This document shows, in pieces, positions 26,333-35,981 of a DNA stretch of 64,000 bases. The notes under the pieces were generated by a model. That model saw nothing but the letters and a program-made list of their open reading frames with translations. It did no database searches and had not been told where the DNA came from. This stretch comes from Planctomycetota bacterium (lineage in GTDB: Bacteria > Planctomycetota > JAJSAM01 > JAJVHW01). The position numbers and the translations under genes are program-made. The stretch is taken from the NCBI GenBank assembly GCA_965248445.1, contig CBDFJG010000003.1, positions 96,001 to 160,000 of the forward strand. The letters run 5' to 3'. Each line of letters starts with the position of its first letter. Positions within the stretch are counted from its first letter, which is position 1.

Positions 26333-27860
26333 TTCAGCCCTTGATCTGACCGAGGATCCAGATTGTTCCGACGCGGGTCGATGAAGAGTGTGTGGGCACC
26401 GACGAGTTGCGCGAGCTGGTCGAGCGGATGTCGCGTCGGCTGAACGACGCGGAGGAGACGATCGCGTCGCAAGCGGAGGTGATCGAGCGTCAGGCAGCCC
26501 GCATCGACGAGCTCGAGAGCCGATTGCGACGCGACTCCCGCACATCGTCGCGGCCGCCCTCGTCGGACCCGTCGTGGTCCAAGAGGCGGCGGCGGCGCAA
26601 GCCGCCGTCTGACAAGAAGCAGGGTGCGCAGTCGGGTCACGAGGGCACGACGCGCCAGCTCGTGGACGAGTCCGAGGTCGATGATGTCCAGGACCACCGT
26701 CCGCAGGAGTGCAGCTCCTGCGGTAGCGGCGCACTCATTGCGGTCGATCGTGCCCCCACGCGGCAGCAGGTCTTCGCGCTACCGCCGCGACTGGTCCACG
26801 TGACCGAGCACCGGCTGCACCGCGCTCGCTGCACAGGGTGTGGGATGACGTCCACGGGGCGTCTGCCCGATGGCGTCACCGCCAGTCCCTTCGGTCCACG
26901 GCTCACCGCACTGACTGCCTCGCTGGTCGGAGTCTTCCGGCTGTCGCGGCGGGAGACGAGCCGCCTGCTGCGCGACGTGATCGGCGTGTCGATGTCGCCC
27001 GGCACCGTGAGCGCCATCGAGGAGCGGGTGTCGGGTGCGCTGTCCTCCGCGCACCTCGAGGCACTGGGTGCCGTGCGCACGAGCCGGGTCGCTCACGTGG
27101 ACGAAACACCGTGGCCTCGTCGCGGCGTCCTGCACTGGCTGTGGAGCGCGGTCAGCGAGCACGCAGTGGTCCACCGGATCGATCGTCGTCGCAGCGCCAA
27201 GGCCATGCGACGACTCATCGGTCGCCGTTACCGCGGCGTCCTGGTCACCGACCGCATGGGCGCCTACGACCGGCACCCGACCGAGCGTCGCCAGATCTGC
27301 TGGGCGCACCTTGAGCGCGACTTTCGCTCGCTTGCGGAGGGACGATCTGGCGAGCGTCGCTTCGGCAAGAGCGCGGTCTCGCTCGCCCAGGCCGTCATGC
27401 GAGCGCATCGCCGCTTGGGTGAGCACGGGGACCGCGCAAGGATGCAGCGAGAGCTGCGCCCGACGTGGTCGCGACTGATCGACTTGCTCGTACGCGGGGC
27501 GGACAGCAAGCAGCGTCGAGTCCGCGGGATCAGTCGTCATCTGCTCGCAAGAGCCGAGGCACTTTGGTCCTTCGCCGACGTGCCGGGTGTCTCCCCGACC
27601 AACAACATCGCCGAGCGCGCCGTGCGCAAACCAGTGCTGTGGCGCCGCGGCACCCACGGCAGCCAGAGCGAGCGGGGCCTGCGCTTCGTCGAGCGCATCT
27701 TGACCGTCACCGCCACCTGCCGGCAGCGCGGCGACAACGTCTTCGACTACCTCGTCGCCGCCACCAGCGCCGCCGGGCTCGGGCAACCGCCGCCGACTCT
27801 CGTCGCGCTGCCGATCAGTCGCTGAGCACGGGGCTGCTCACTCATGACCTGAACAGGTAC
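26333..27860 (+). mobile_element. IS66-family element B, left IR missing its first ~7 bp
   Basis: begins TTCAGCCCTT directly after element A; right IR CTGAACAGGTAC. Confidence 0.88.
26392..27825 (+). CDS. tnpC: IS66 family transposase
   Basis: same motifs; close paralog of 59951-61384. Confidence 0.95.
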   Translation: MGTDELRELVERMSRRLNDAEETIASQAEVIERQAARIDELESRLRRDSRTSSRPPSSDPSWSKRRRRRKPPSDKKQGAQSGHEGTTRQLVDESEVDDVQDHRPQECSSCGSGALIAVDRAPTRQQVFALPPRLVHVTEHRLHRARCTGCGMTSTGRLPDGVTASPFGPRLTALTASLVGVFRLSRRETSRLLRDVIGVSMSPGTVSAIEERVSGALSSAHLEALGAVRTSRVAHVDETPWPRRGVLHWLWSAVSEHAVVHRIDRRRSAKAMRRLIGRRYRGVLVTDRMGAYDRHPTERRQICWAHLERDFRSLAEGRSGERRFGKSAVSLAQAVMRAHRRLGEHGDRARMQRELRPTWSRLIDLLVRGADSKQRRVRGISRHLLARAEALWSFADVPGVSPTNNIAERAVRKPVLWRRGTHGSQSERGLRFVERILTVTATCRQRGDNVFDYLVAATSAAGLGQPPPTLVALPISR

Positions 27861-27982
27861 AACGGGCTCACGCCGATGTGGCTGGCAGCCTCTCTCTGGA
27901 GCTCTCCTCGATCCAGTCGGCACTTGCGAATGTGCTCTCCCAGGGTCGTGGGCGTGGCTGGGTAGCCCTGCGGGGCTGGCAT
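27861..27982 (-). pseudogene. XRE-family HTH regulator truncated by IS66 element B
   Basis: GYPATPTTLGEHIRKCRLDRGELQREAASHIGVS runs into the IS right end. Confidence 0.65.
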
Positions 27983-28279
27983 GTGTGTCGTGAGCGATAC
28001 ATGACAAATAGGCCACGCAACCCTGGAGCCATGGTGGGGCGATGAACTGCAAGTGTGCGGGAACCAAGCCCTCGTCGCGCTCCGCTGGCGCGCGGATGCT
28101 AACGCAGAGCCGCGTGTGGGCGCCGAGGAACGGCACCGCGCGGATGCAACCCAAGAGAAAACGTGGGAATGCGCGTCCGGTTCGCGCGCCGTCCGCAATG
28201 AACATCGTGTTGAGAGCCGTCTCGATCGCCGTGTCCGAGAACCACGGCGCGCCGCGAGGGACAGAAGAGGAGGAAGACG

Positions 28280-29107
28280 ATGGGCAACAGGCTGCTGAGT
28301 GTCGCGCTGGCGCTCCTGCTGTCGGTCCCGGTGCTGGGAGACGGCCTCATCGCGCCGTCCACCGGCGCCGTCAGCGTGCAGGGCGCGAACGACAACGCCG
28401 ACTGCGGCGGCATCAAGGGAACGTCCGGGCTGCTGCAGGACTGGACCAACACCGTCACGTCGTTCGCGATCGCATCGTTCGACGGCCGGAACGGAGCGCA
28501 GTGGCACGGCGAGGAGTTCCCCCTGTGCACGTCGACCCTGAAGTCAGAGAACGTGATCTTGACCCACAAATACGTCAAGGACTCTGACTCCCAAGCGTCC
28601 ATCACGGTGAATCTCTCGACGACCACCGACGACAAAGGTTCCGCATCACAGATGAACGCTGTCGATCCGCAATGGTGGTGGTCGCCGACCGCGATCGTGA
28701 CGGACACGAGACCAAGGGTCGTCATCACCAAGACAGACGACTCGACCTCCGAGCCTGGGTGGGCAACGCCCACCGACGAGTACGAACAGTACGATGCTCA
28801 CAGCGTGGGGACCAATGTCCCGGCGGGCAACCACCCACCTGGCCACCCGAACGCGGGTCAGCCGATCACTTCCGTCAACGCGGCGCATGGCGTCGCCTCG
28901 GTCGGTGGAGAGGGCGCGGATCCGTCGGACGCCACCAGCTTCGCGAATTCCACCTCCGAGTTCAGCACGTCCGGCGTGGCGTTCGTGACGATCACGTACA
29001 CGACGACGACCGCCGCAGCCTCGAGTTCCGACAACGCCAAGGTCGCGAACTGGAAGAAATGGGCAGCACGCTTTCGCGGGTCTCCCGACTCCGGCCGCCG
29101 AGGCTAA
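28280..29107 (+). CDS. hypothetical secreted S/T-rich protein
   Basis: GAGGAGG RBS, Sec-type signal peptide. Confidence 0.7.
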   Translation: MGNRLLSVALALLLSVPVLGDGLIAPSTGAVSVQGANDNADCGGIKGTSGLLQDWTNTVTSFAIASFDGRNGAQWHGEEFPLCTSTLKSENVILTHKYVKDSDSQASITVNLSTTTDDKGSASQMNAVDPQWWWSPTAIVTDTRPRVVITKTDDSTSEPGWATPTDEYEQYDAHSVGTNVPAGNHPPGHPNAGQPITSVNAAHGVASVGGEGADPSDATSFANSTSEFSTSGVAFVTITYTTTTAAASSSDNAKVANWKKWAARFRGSPDSGRRG

Positions 29108-29182
29108 CACGGCCTCTGAGCAGCGCCTCAGAGCGAGGCAACGTCTCCAGCATGGCCCCCAACATGGCCCCAGCGTGTCGGC

Positions 29183-30139
29183 GTGAGCGGCAAGTCGAAG
29201 ATCGAATGGACGGACGCGACGTGGAACCCGCTCCGCGGCTGCACCAAGGTATCCGAGGGCTGCCGGAACTGCTACGCGATGCACGTCGCGGCGCGGTTCT
29301 CTGGTCCCGGTCAGCCGTACGAGGGGCTCGCGACGCGCGGCCCCGCGCGGTGGACGGGTGAGGTCCGGCTCATCGAGAAGCACCTGACGGACCCGCTGCG
29401 GTGGCGGAAGCCGCGCATGGTGTTCGTCAACTCGATGAGCGACCTGTTCCACCCCGCAGTGCCGGACGAGTGGATCGACCGCATCTTCGCGGTGATGGCG
29501 CTCTCGCCGCGGCACACGTTTCAGATCCTCACGAAGCGGCCGGAGCGGATGCAGAAGTACCTCACGCGCTGGCCGGACGGCGCGGGGCGTCGAGTCTACG
29601 TCTGGGCGGCGGCGGAGCGAATGCGCCCAGACACGGACCACGCGCCGCGTCCGGACGGCTGGCCCCTCCCAAACGTCTGGCTCGGCACGAGCGTCGAGGA
29701 CCAGGCGACGGCGGACGAGCGCATCCCGCTCCTCCTCGCGACGCCGGCAGCCGTTCGGTTCGTGTCGTACGAGCCGGCTCTTGGTCCCGTGTCGTTCCGG
29801 AGGTTCCTGTGGCCGGTGCACGGCTCGTGGAAGAGGCCGCACCGCTCTGAAGCCGAGGCCGACGCCGCTGGCGAGATCGTCGCGTGGAACCCGCAATGCC
29901 TCGTATCGGCGCACGCCGTCTTCCTCGATCAGATCATCGTCGGGGGCGAGAGCGGCCCGGGACACCGCCCGCTCGACGTGGCGTGGGTGCGCGCAGTCCT
30001 ACGTGATGTCGAGCGCGCAGCGTCGCCAGCGTACCGCTGCGCGGTATTCGTGAAGCAGGACTCCGGATCGAAGCCCGGCAAGCAAGGGCGGATCCCCGAC
30101 GAGCTCTGGATTAAGGAGTTCCCTGAGGTGCCCGCATGA
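29183..30139 (+). CDS. DUF5131 / phage Gp37-Gp68 family protein
   Basis: SKIEWTDATWNP..GCTKVSEGCRNCYA, FVNSMSDLFH, FQILTKRP, IVGGESG. Confidence 0.9.
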   Translation: MSGKSKIEWTDATWNPLRGCTKVSEGCRNCYAMHVAARFSGPGQPYEGLATRGPARWTGEVRLIEKHLTDPLRWRKPRMVFVNSMSDLFHPAVPDEWIDRIFAVMALSPRHTFQILTKRPERMQKYLTRWPDGAGRRVYVWAAAERMRPDTDHAPRPDGWPLPNVWLGTSVEDQATADERIPLLLATPAAVRFVSYEPALGPVSFRRFLWPVHGSWKRPHRSEAEADAAGEIVAWNPQCLVSAHAVFLDQIIVGGESGPGHRPLDVAWVRAVLRDVERAASPAYRCAVFVKQDSGSKPGKQGRIPDELWIKEFPEVPA

Positions 30140-30609
30140 GCGCCGGCGCCCTGACACCCGAGCGGCTGCGGGAGATTGCCAATGGAGGCACGCGCTCCAA
30201 CGAGCCGCAGAACGACCCCTTCAACGACCGGGTGGACCTCGCCCGCGCCCTGCTGGAGGCGTGGGAGGGTCACGCATTCACGAAGACTTGGTACTCGTTG
30301 CGGTTCGACCGCCTCCGCGAGCTTGCCGTTGAGCACGACCTCTGGCCGGAAGTCGCCTGCATCTTCGCGAACGGCACGGAGAACGTGACTGAGCGCCCAC
30401 AGGGTCAGCGCATTCACGCCCTCCGCGCCCAGGTGGAGACGCTGACCGCTGCGCTGGGGCCGTTCGCGGAGATGCACGACCGGCACTACCACGACATCAC
30501 GGGCGCATGGGTCGTCCACATGGGCGACACGAGGGTGGGTGCGGACTGCGCCGTCATCTGCGTTCGTGACCTCCGCGCCGCCGCCCGCGCGCTGGAGACT
30601 CAGCCATGA
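30136..30609 (+). CDS. phage hypothetical protein
   Basis: ATGA overlap with both neighbours. Confidence 0.7.
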   Translation: MSAGALTPERLREIANGGTRSNEPQNDPFNDRVDLARALLEAWEGHAFTKTWYSLRFDRLRELAVEHDLWPEVACIFANGTENVTERPQGQRIHALRAQVETLTAALGPFAEMHDRHYHDITGAWVVHMGDTRVGADCAVICVRDLRAAARALETQP

Positions 30610-31307
30610 CCGAGCAGCCGAGCGAGTGGGCGATCACGACCCTCATGCGGGCGATGCTCGATGTGGACGGACCCCCGTCGTACCGAGCACTTGACGACGA
30701 CGGGAAGGACCGGGAGGCGCGACGGCTATTCCTCCACCCGGTGAACGAGCGTCAGGGGCGTCGGTTCCATGCCGCCGCCCTCGCCCTCGACGCAGCGGAG
30801 GCCCGTGGCGCGGAGCGGGAGCGGGAGGCGCGGAAGATTGCCGTTCGCATCAAGGATCACGCGAACGCCCAACAGAAGGCGATGCGCGAGTCCTTGCGCT
30901 ACTGGAGGGAGCATGGCGTCGAAGCGTTCCAAGCCGACGCGCGACAGGTAGCCGAACGCTACCCCGACGACATGGAGATCGCCGGGCTGGTGGTCGTAGC
31001 CGACCAGGCGCTCGCAAGCATCGGCGGGATGCTCCGCGGCCGTGGGACGGGCAGCGAGGCGGGGAGAGGGGCCGGAGGTCATCCGTGCGGCTCGGATGAT
31101 GGCAGCGACGTGCGTTCGTCCTACCCCGAAGCTGCCCCCGCCACCCCGCAGCCGCCCGCGGGTCAGCGATGCACCAGCGAGCTCCGCGCCATCGGCCGAC
31201 GCATCGTCACCGAGGCGCAGACGGACACGACGCCCGGATCCCCGTTCGCCGCCCGTATCGAGGAGGCGGCGGTGCGCGTGCTGCGCGAGGAACTCACCCG
31301 TGGGTAA
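30606..31307 (+). CDS. phage hypothetical protein
   Basis: ATGA overlap, coiled-coil segment. Confidence 0.65.
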   Translation: MTEQPSEWAITTLMRAMLDVDGPPSYRALDDDGKDREARRLFLHPVNERQGRRFHAAALALDAAEARGAEREREARKIAVRIKDHANAQQKAMRESLRYWREHGVEAFQADARQVAERYPDDMEIAGLVVVADQALASIGGMLRGRGTGSEAGRGAGGHPCGSDDGSDVRSSYPEAAPATPQPPAGQRCTSELRAIGRRIVTEAQTDTTPGSPFAARIEEAAVRVLREELTRG

Positions 31308-31548
31308 CCGCCGCGCAACCGCTCTGCGACCGCCGGCAGGGTTGCCACCCGGCACATGGTGGGAGTGCGACGTACACGGCTGGACCGAGCGCGCCGTCAC
31401 GCTTGAGGACGGCCGCGTCGCCTACCGCTACTGCGCCGAGGACGGCTGCACGCTGCAACTGACGCAGCTCCAGGGCGCGGGGCGGGACCTGGCGAAGCAG
31501 GGGAAGAAGGGCTGGAACACGATGTTGCCGGCGAGGAGGAAGTGGTGA
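31300..31548 (+). CDS. small Cys/His protein (possible Zn ribbon)
   Basis: GTG start after GAGG; CDVH...CAEDGC. Confidence 0.55.
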   Translation: MGNRRATALRPPAGLPPGTWWECDVHGWTERAVTLEDGRVAYRYCAEDGCTLQLTQLQGAGRDLAKQGKKGWNTMLPARRKW

Positions 31549-32626
31549 CCGTCCATCTACGCAACTGGCACCGCTACCAGAAGACCGGCATCGCGTCCGC
31601 GCTGCGTGGCCGCCGCAAGCGCGCCACCGCCGCCACCGCGAAGGGCCGTGAGCCCTCCCCGCTCGACGGGTCTCTCTCGCTGTCGTATGTGTCCGTCTCG
31701 GCAACGCTCGAGAGGGAGCGCCACCTCCTCGAGCGCCTCGGCGCGGGTCCCAACGCAGACGCCTGTCTGCTCCGCCTCTTCCAGTATGTCTGCCGGAGCG
31801 ACGCACTGCGGGGCGAGATTCACGTCCCCCGCGCGAGCTTCGGCCCCCGCGTCCTCGACGTGCCCGCTGCACGGGGCCGCAAGGTCTACGACGCGCTCCT
31901 GCACGAGGATGTCCAGGTGCTGGTCGAAGGGCCCGCCATCCTCCCGCCCTGGGTCGCTGCGCAACTGGTTCCCATCGCGGGTCAAGAACCAGTCGCGAAT
32001 GCGAACGAGACCTCGCCCCTCGCGCGCGCCCGTTCCGATTCCGATACCGATACCGATGATTCCCCCCAACCCCCCGCCGGGGGGAATGGGTTCGCTGCGC
32101 TGGCTCCGGCCGCAGCTCGGGACATCGTGCTCCGCTGGGCCAAGCGGGACTCGAAGGGCAGACCCACGGTCCACACCGAGCGAGCCAAGGGCTACCTCCG
32201 CGACGGCGTCGAGAACCGACCGAACACCGATTGGCGGATGCGCCTCGAGTGGATCGCCGAGCGCGACCCGAGCGGCTTCGACCACGCGATGCGAGCGCAT
32301 CGGAAGAGCTACAGACCACCACCACGGGAGACAGATCGAGGAGTGATTTCAGCATCAAGCCGCAGCGGTACCGCGACGAGGTCATGGGCCTCACGTTCGA
32401 CTTCAAGGTCGTAAATGGGCGCCCGGCGATGCAGGTCTGGCGGCACGCCGAGGGGTTGCTGCAGGTCGGCGGAGGCGCTCGTGACGTGGGCTGGTCAGAG
32501 GACGGAAGCGAGGTCACCGGCACCGGCATGGCACTCGTCCCGCACCGACCGATGTCACCGATGGCCCCTCCTGACGGCGTCCCCGAGGCGACGGCCGACC
32601 TTGACACTACGGAGACAGACCGATGA
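31542..32626 (+). CDS. putative replication-initiator-like phage protein, probably one gene split by a frameshift near 32310
   Basis: RNWHRYQ N-terminus, DSDTDTD linker then PQPP; GC3-biased coding continues in frame 32231-32626. Confidence 0.45.
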
Positions 32627-33003
32627 AGCACGGACACTTCGAAGAGCACTGGACCGACGACCAAGACCGCCCCGCCGGCGGCGTGAGCAGCGGCCAAGGG
32701 TTCACGATCTCGTGGCAGAACGGGCCGCCCGGGAGGCATGTGCCGCTCTGCAAGCCCCCGGCGACGCCGACGAGCGCGGACTCATACTGCGACCCGCTGT
32801 GCATGCGCCAGGAGCCGAACGGCGCGTTCGTCGAGGACGTGATCGCGGCCGTCGTCGGGCGCATCGAGTTCTATCAAGCGTCCGAGTTCGCGTGCGGCGA
32901 GAACGAGATCGCGCTCGCTCATCTCAGGGCGGCCGCGCGAGAACTCAACGAGCGCACAAAGGACCGCGAGACGCGCAGCGTCGAAGGGACGCACGAGCAG
33001 TGA
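32623..33003 (+). CDS. Tad1/Acb2-hairpin-like anti-defence nucleotide sponge candidate
   Basis: ISWQNG...NGAFVEDVI...RIEFYQ..EFACGENEIALAHL...LNERTKDRETRSVEGT matches the Tad1 C-terminal pattern as recalled. Confidence 0.7.
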   Translation: MKHGHFEEHWTDDQDRPAGGVSSGQGFTISWQNGPPGRHVPLCKPPATPTSADSYCDPLCMRQEPNGAFVEDVIAAVVGRIEFYQASEFACGENEIALAHLRAAARELNERTKDRETRSVEGTHEQ

Positions 33004-33308
33004 CGCTCACTGACGTTCTCCCGTGGTGCGTCACCGTGTTCGTGGCCGCCCACGCGATGGTCTGGTGGCGAGTCTCGAAGAAGTGGGAGCACGCCGCAAA
33101 CCGCTGGCAGGAGACGTGCGACCGGTGGCGCGCGCTTGCGGAGCGCATCCGGCGAGAGGCCGTTGCGCTGGAAGCGGTGGCGCGAAGAGCCGAAGTGAAT
33201 TGCTCATGCGAGCGCCGATACAAGGACGCTCACGAGTGCATGAACGCGAGGCCGGACCGCATTCGCACGGACGGCGTGCCGTGCCTCTGCCGCTACCGAG
33301 CGGCGTAA
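33000..33308 (+). CDS. phage hypothetical membrane/coiled-coil protein
   Basis: GTGA overlap; N-terminal hydrophobic helix. Confidence 0.55.
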   Translation: MTLTDVLPWCVTVFVAAHAMVWWRVSKKWEHAANRWQETCDRWRALAERIRREAVALEAVARRAEVNCSCERRYKDAHECMNARPDRIRTDGVPCLCRYRAA

Positions 33309-33323
33309 CGGGGAGCGCACGCC

Positions 33324-33689
33324 GTGAAGAACGTCAAGTGCACGCTACTCCGCGACAAGAACCCCTGCCGCTTCCGCGCCCGATGGCGCCCCGTCGTCTT
33401 CCTGCTCGTCGACGACGACGACACAGAGACGAACGCCGTCTCGCTCGACAAGCCGACGTGCGGGTGGCACTGCAACCGCGCAACCCTCGACGACGTGCTG
33501 AACGAGGACGAGTGGGACGACATCGCCGAGGAGGTGCTGCTCGCCGGCGGGCGGAGGATCAGCAAGGAGAGCAGCCACGTGCAGTTCCTGCGGCTCGACG
33601 ACAAGATCGATCCGATCGGCGAGAAGTACAATGACGACGACGAGAAGAAGTCGCGGATCGTGGTCGCGCGGCCGTCGCCGACGTGCTGA
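33324..33689 (+). CDS. phage hypothetical protein (Cys motifs)
   Basis: GGAG RBS, GC3 bias. Confidence 0.6.
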   Translation: MKNVKCTLLRDKNPCRFRARWRPVVFLLVDDDDTETNAVSLDKPTCGWHCNRATLDDVLNEDEWDDIAEEVLLAGGRRISKESSHVQFLRLDDKIDPIGEKYNDDDEKKSRIVVARPSPTC

Positions 33690-33743
33690 TGCACCGGCTG
33701 TTGGCCCGTGCCCTCAGTGAATTGAGGGAGTAGGCTCCGCAGG

Positions 33744-34115
33744 ATGACCGACCGCGAACTCGACGAACTGGTCACGGAGCACGTCACGGACGGCGAGGGT
33801 GCGCCGCTCCATCTGCACGGGAACTACCCCGACGACATCGCTGCCGCCTGGTGCGTCGTCGAGAAGATGGAGCACGACGGCGAAAGTTTCCACTTGATCG
33901 GCGCCCGGTTCGGAGATGCGTTCGTCGCCTACTTCGGCCTCAACCCTGAGCACATCGCACGGAAGTTCTGGGAGCGCGACGGGGTGCACATCGACGACAC
34001 CGCGGACCAATTGCGCAACGAGGGACACTCACTCGCTGTCGAGTCCCTCAAGCGAGCCCCCCGCGCAATCTGCCTCGCCGCGCTCAAGGCGAGGGGCGTC
34101 GAGGTGCCAGCATGA
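33744..34115 (+). CDS. phage ABA-sandwich (BC1872-like) domain protein
   Basis: RELDELV...YPDDIAAAWCVVEKM...PRAICLAALKA. Confidence 0.7.
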   Translation: MTDRELDELVTEHVTDGEGAPLHLHGNYPDDIAAAWCVVEKMEHDGESFHLIGARFGDAFVAYFGLNPEHIARKFWERDGVHIDDTADQLRNEGHSLAVESLKRAPRAICLAALKARGVEVPA

Positions 34116-34747
34116 AGGTCACGGTGGGAACGCTGACATGTGATCACTGCCGTGGTGCAATTGAAAGGCTGCATGACGGTGTCTTGTCGTGGCCGGTCGG
34201 GGACCAACTCCGGTTGCCGGCGGGGCCACAGTGCGGGATCGTCCACCACAACTCGCTGACCGGGAACGCGCTGCTCGGCTGCCACGAACAGTACGACCGC
34301 GAGCACTATCGGACCCGTGGCGCATGGGTCCAGCTCGACGCGCCGAGCGTGATCCCACCAGACGATTGGTGCGCCGAGTTCGGCCAGTTCATCTCCGAGA
34401 TGGTGGTCGGCGGGCTACCACACGTGGAGGCGCTTGCTGTGTGTGTCCGCGTCCTCGTATCCGGGCTTGTCCCCTCTACGAGAGCTCCCGGATCCGACGC
34501 CTGGTCGACTCGCGGCTCGGCACCGACGCGCGCTCCGTCCACTCCTCCAGAGACCCCGCAGGCGCCTTCTCCCGTCGCCACACCAGCACTTCACCGGACG
34601 CCGCGATCTTCCGAGAACTCAACCCATCCGCGACGAGCGCCAGCAGTTTCGCGTCGGTCTCCTCGTCCCACCGCAGCGGTGTCCGGCCGATCTGCGACCC
34701 ACGAGCGCGCGCCGCTTCCATCCCGGACCGCGTCCGCTCGACGATGA
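34112..34747 (+). CDS. phage hypothetical protein; 3' part overlaps the recombinase and may be spurious
   Basis: ATGA overlap; CDHC..C.IVHH..C motif in the first ~120 aa. Confidence 0.45.
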   Translation: MKVTVGTLTCDHCRGAIERLHDGVLSWPVGDQLRLPAGPQCGIVHHNSLTGNALLGCHEQYDREHYRTRGAWVQLDAPSVIPPDDWCAEFGQFISEMVVGGLPHVEALAVCVRVLVSGLVPSTRAPGSDAWSTRGSAPTRAPSTPPETPQAPSPVATPALHRTPRSSENSTHPRRAPAVSRRSPRPTAAVSGRSATHERAPLPSRTASARR

Positions 34748-35177
34748 TCTCTCGCTCGAGCTCAGCGATTGCGGCCAACAACTGCGCCTGGAACCGTCCG
34801 AACGGACTCGAGTAGTCCAGCACCATCCCCGACTTCCCGATGTGCACCTGGACGCCCAGCTCGCACAACTCGTGAAGCCGCGCCACCACGCCCGGCAGCG
34901 ACCGACCGAGCCGAGACATCTCCCGCACCCAGAGCGCCGCCACACCGCCGGCCCGCGCGTCCGCCATGATCCCTTCGAGCACCGGCCGCTTCGCAGCCAC
35001 GCCCGAGATGCCTGCCTCCTCGCGTACGTCCAGCGGTAGACCCTTCACGCGAGCCCACCCCACGGCGGCGCGGCGCTGGTGGTCGAGATCCTGCTCGTCC
35101 GTTGAGCACCGCAGAAGGGCGACAGCGACGGGGGACGCCGGAGCGCCCCCCTGGTTCGTGGTCGGCTTGTCGGTCAT
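34476..35177 (-). CDS. small serine recombinase (resolvase/invertase family)
   Basis: LLRCSTDEQDL, EEAGISG..KRP, SRLGRS, AELEREIIVERTRSG..ARARG..IGR, C-terminal HTH. Confidence 0.9.
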   Translation of the reverse strand: MTDKPTTNQGGAPASPVAVALLRCSTDEQDLDHQRRAAVGWARVKGLPLDVREEAGISGVAAKRPVLEGIMADARAGGVAALWVREMSRLGRSLPGVVARLHELCELGVQVHIGKSGMVLDYSSPFGRFQAQLLAAIAELEREIIVERTRSGMEAARARGSQIGRTPLRWDEETDAKLLALVADGLSSRKIAASGEVLVWRREKAPAGSLEEWTERASVPSRESTRRRIRELS

Positions 35178-35482
35178 GCGCCTTCCGCCTTCGCGAGGGC
35201 CGCGCGGGCTGTGGCAATCGGAGACCCTTCGGGTTCCTCGAAGGGTTGCCCCGGCGCGAAGTCCCCGTAGATCGCGACCACGTCGCGCAGCGCCGCCAGT
35301 AGGTCCGGCGCCGCCGCCGCCACGGTGTACGGCATCGTGCGCCACGTCACGTTCCCGTCCGTCACGAGGTCGCAATGCGCGACCCACTCCCGCGCCTCCC
35401 TCTCGCTTGGGAAGTAGAGGGCGCTCCCGTCGGTGTCGCACAACGCGAGCCACGGCCCCGGAGTGTGCGCCGCCCTATCCAC
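35174..35482 (-). CDS. phage hypothetical protein (HTPGPW...AAAPDLL family)
   Basis: HTPGPW, AAAPDLLAAL, ARAALAKAEG motifs common in phage early genes. Confidence 0.75.
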   Translation of the reverse strand: MDRAAHTPGPWLALCDTDGSALYFPSEREAREWVAHCDLVTDGNVTWRTMPYTVAAAAPDLLAALRDVVAIYGDFAPGQPFEEPEGSPIATARAALAKAEGA

Positions 35483-35981
35483 GGGACACCGCCTCAACGG
35501 GCTCACGTAGCGTCGAGAAGTGATCGACCATGTACTCGCGCCCCTTTGCGGCCGACAGGCCCGCGCCGAGCACGAACTGGTCCACGATACGCGCGTCGAG
35601 CGTTCGCCCCATCCGCGCCGTAACCGTCCACTGGTAGCCGAGGAACGTGTCGTCCTCGCCCTCCCGCGCCTCTGGGCGCACCACGTACAGGAACTCGATG
35701 TCGCCGTGCAGATCGTTGTACGGGAGACAGTCGAACCCGTCAGGGTCAGCCGCGCAGATCATCGCGGCGACCTTCTCCACGCGGCCGAGGTGGAACTGGT
35801 GGTCGAAGGGGCGGTCGCCCCAGTCGCGCGCCGCGTGCCGCTCCCGGGCCAAGTTCCACGCCTCGACCAGGCACGGCAGCATGTACTCGGGATAGCCGTC
35901 GCAGTGGTGGTACAGCGTGAACGCTCTCGTCTCGCCTCGGTAGTCCTTCGACTCGATGCGGACCTGACTTCTCGTGCTCAT
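35475..35981 (-). CDS. conserved phage protein (MSTRS..YxHxDGYP..HGDIEF)
   Basis: GGAGG RBS; motif recurrent in phage genomes. Confidence 0.75.
   Translation of the reverse strand: MSTRSQVRIESKDYRGETRAFTLYHHCDGYPEYMLPCLVEAWNLARERHAARDWGDRPFDHQFHLGRVEKVAAMICAADPDGFDCLPYNDLHGDIEFLYVVRPEAREGEDDTFLGYQWTVTARMGRTLDARIVDQFVLGAGLSAAKGREYMVDHFSTLREPVEAVSRG

Noticed and set aside
28031..28043. ATGGTGGGGCGAT as a reversed tRNA 3' end (att remnant)
   Set aside because: Imperfect match to the tRNA-Ile end and no T-arm
29183..30139. DUF5131 as part of a TcmP-partner or DNA-modification system
   Set aside because: No partner gene adjacent; solitary copies are common in phages
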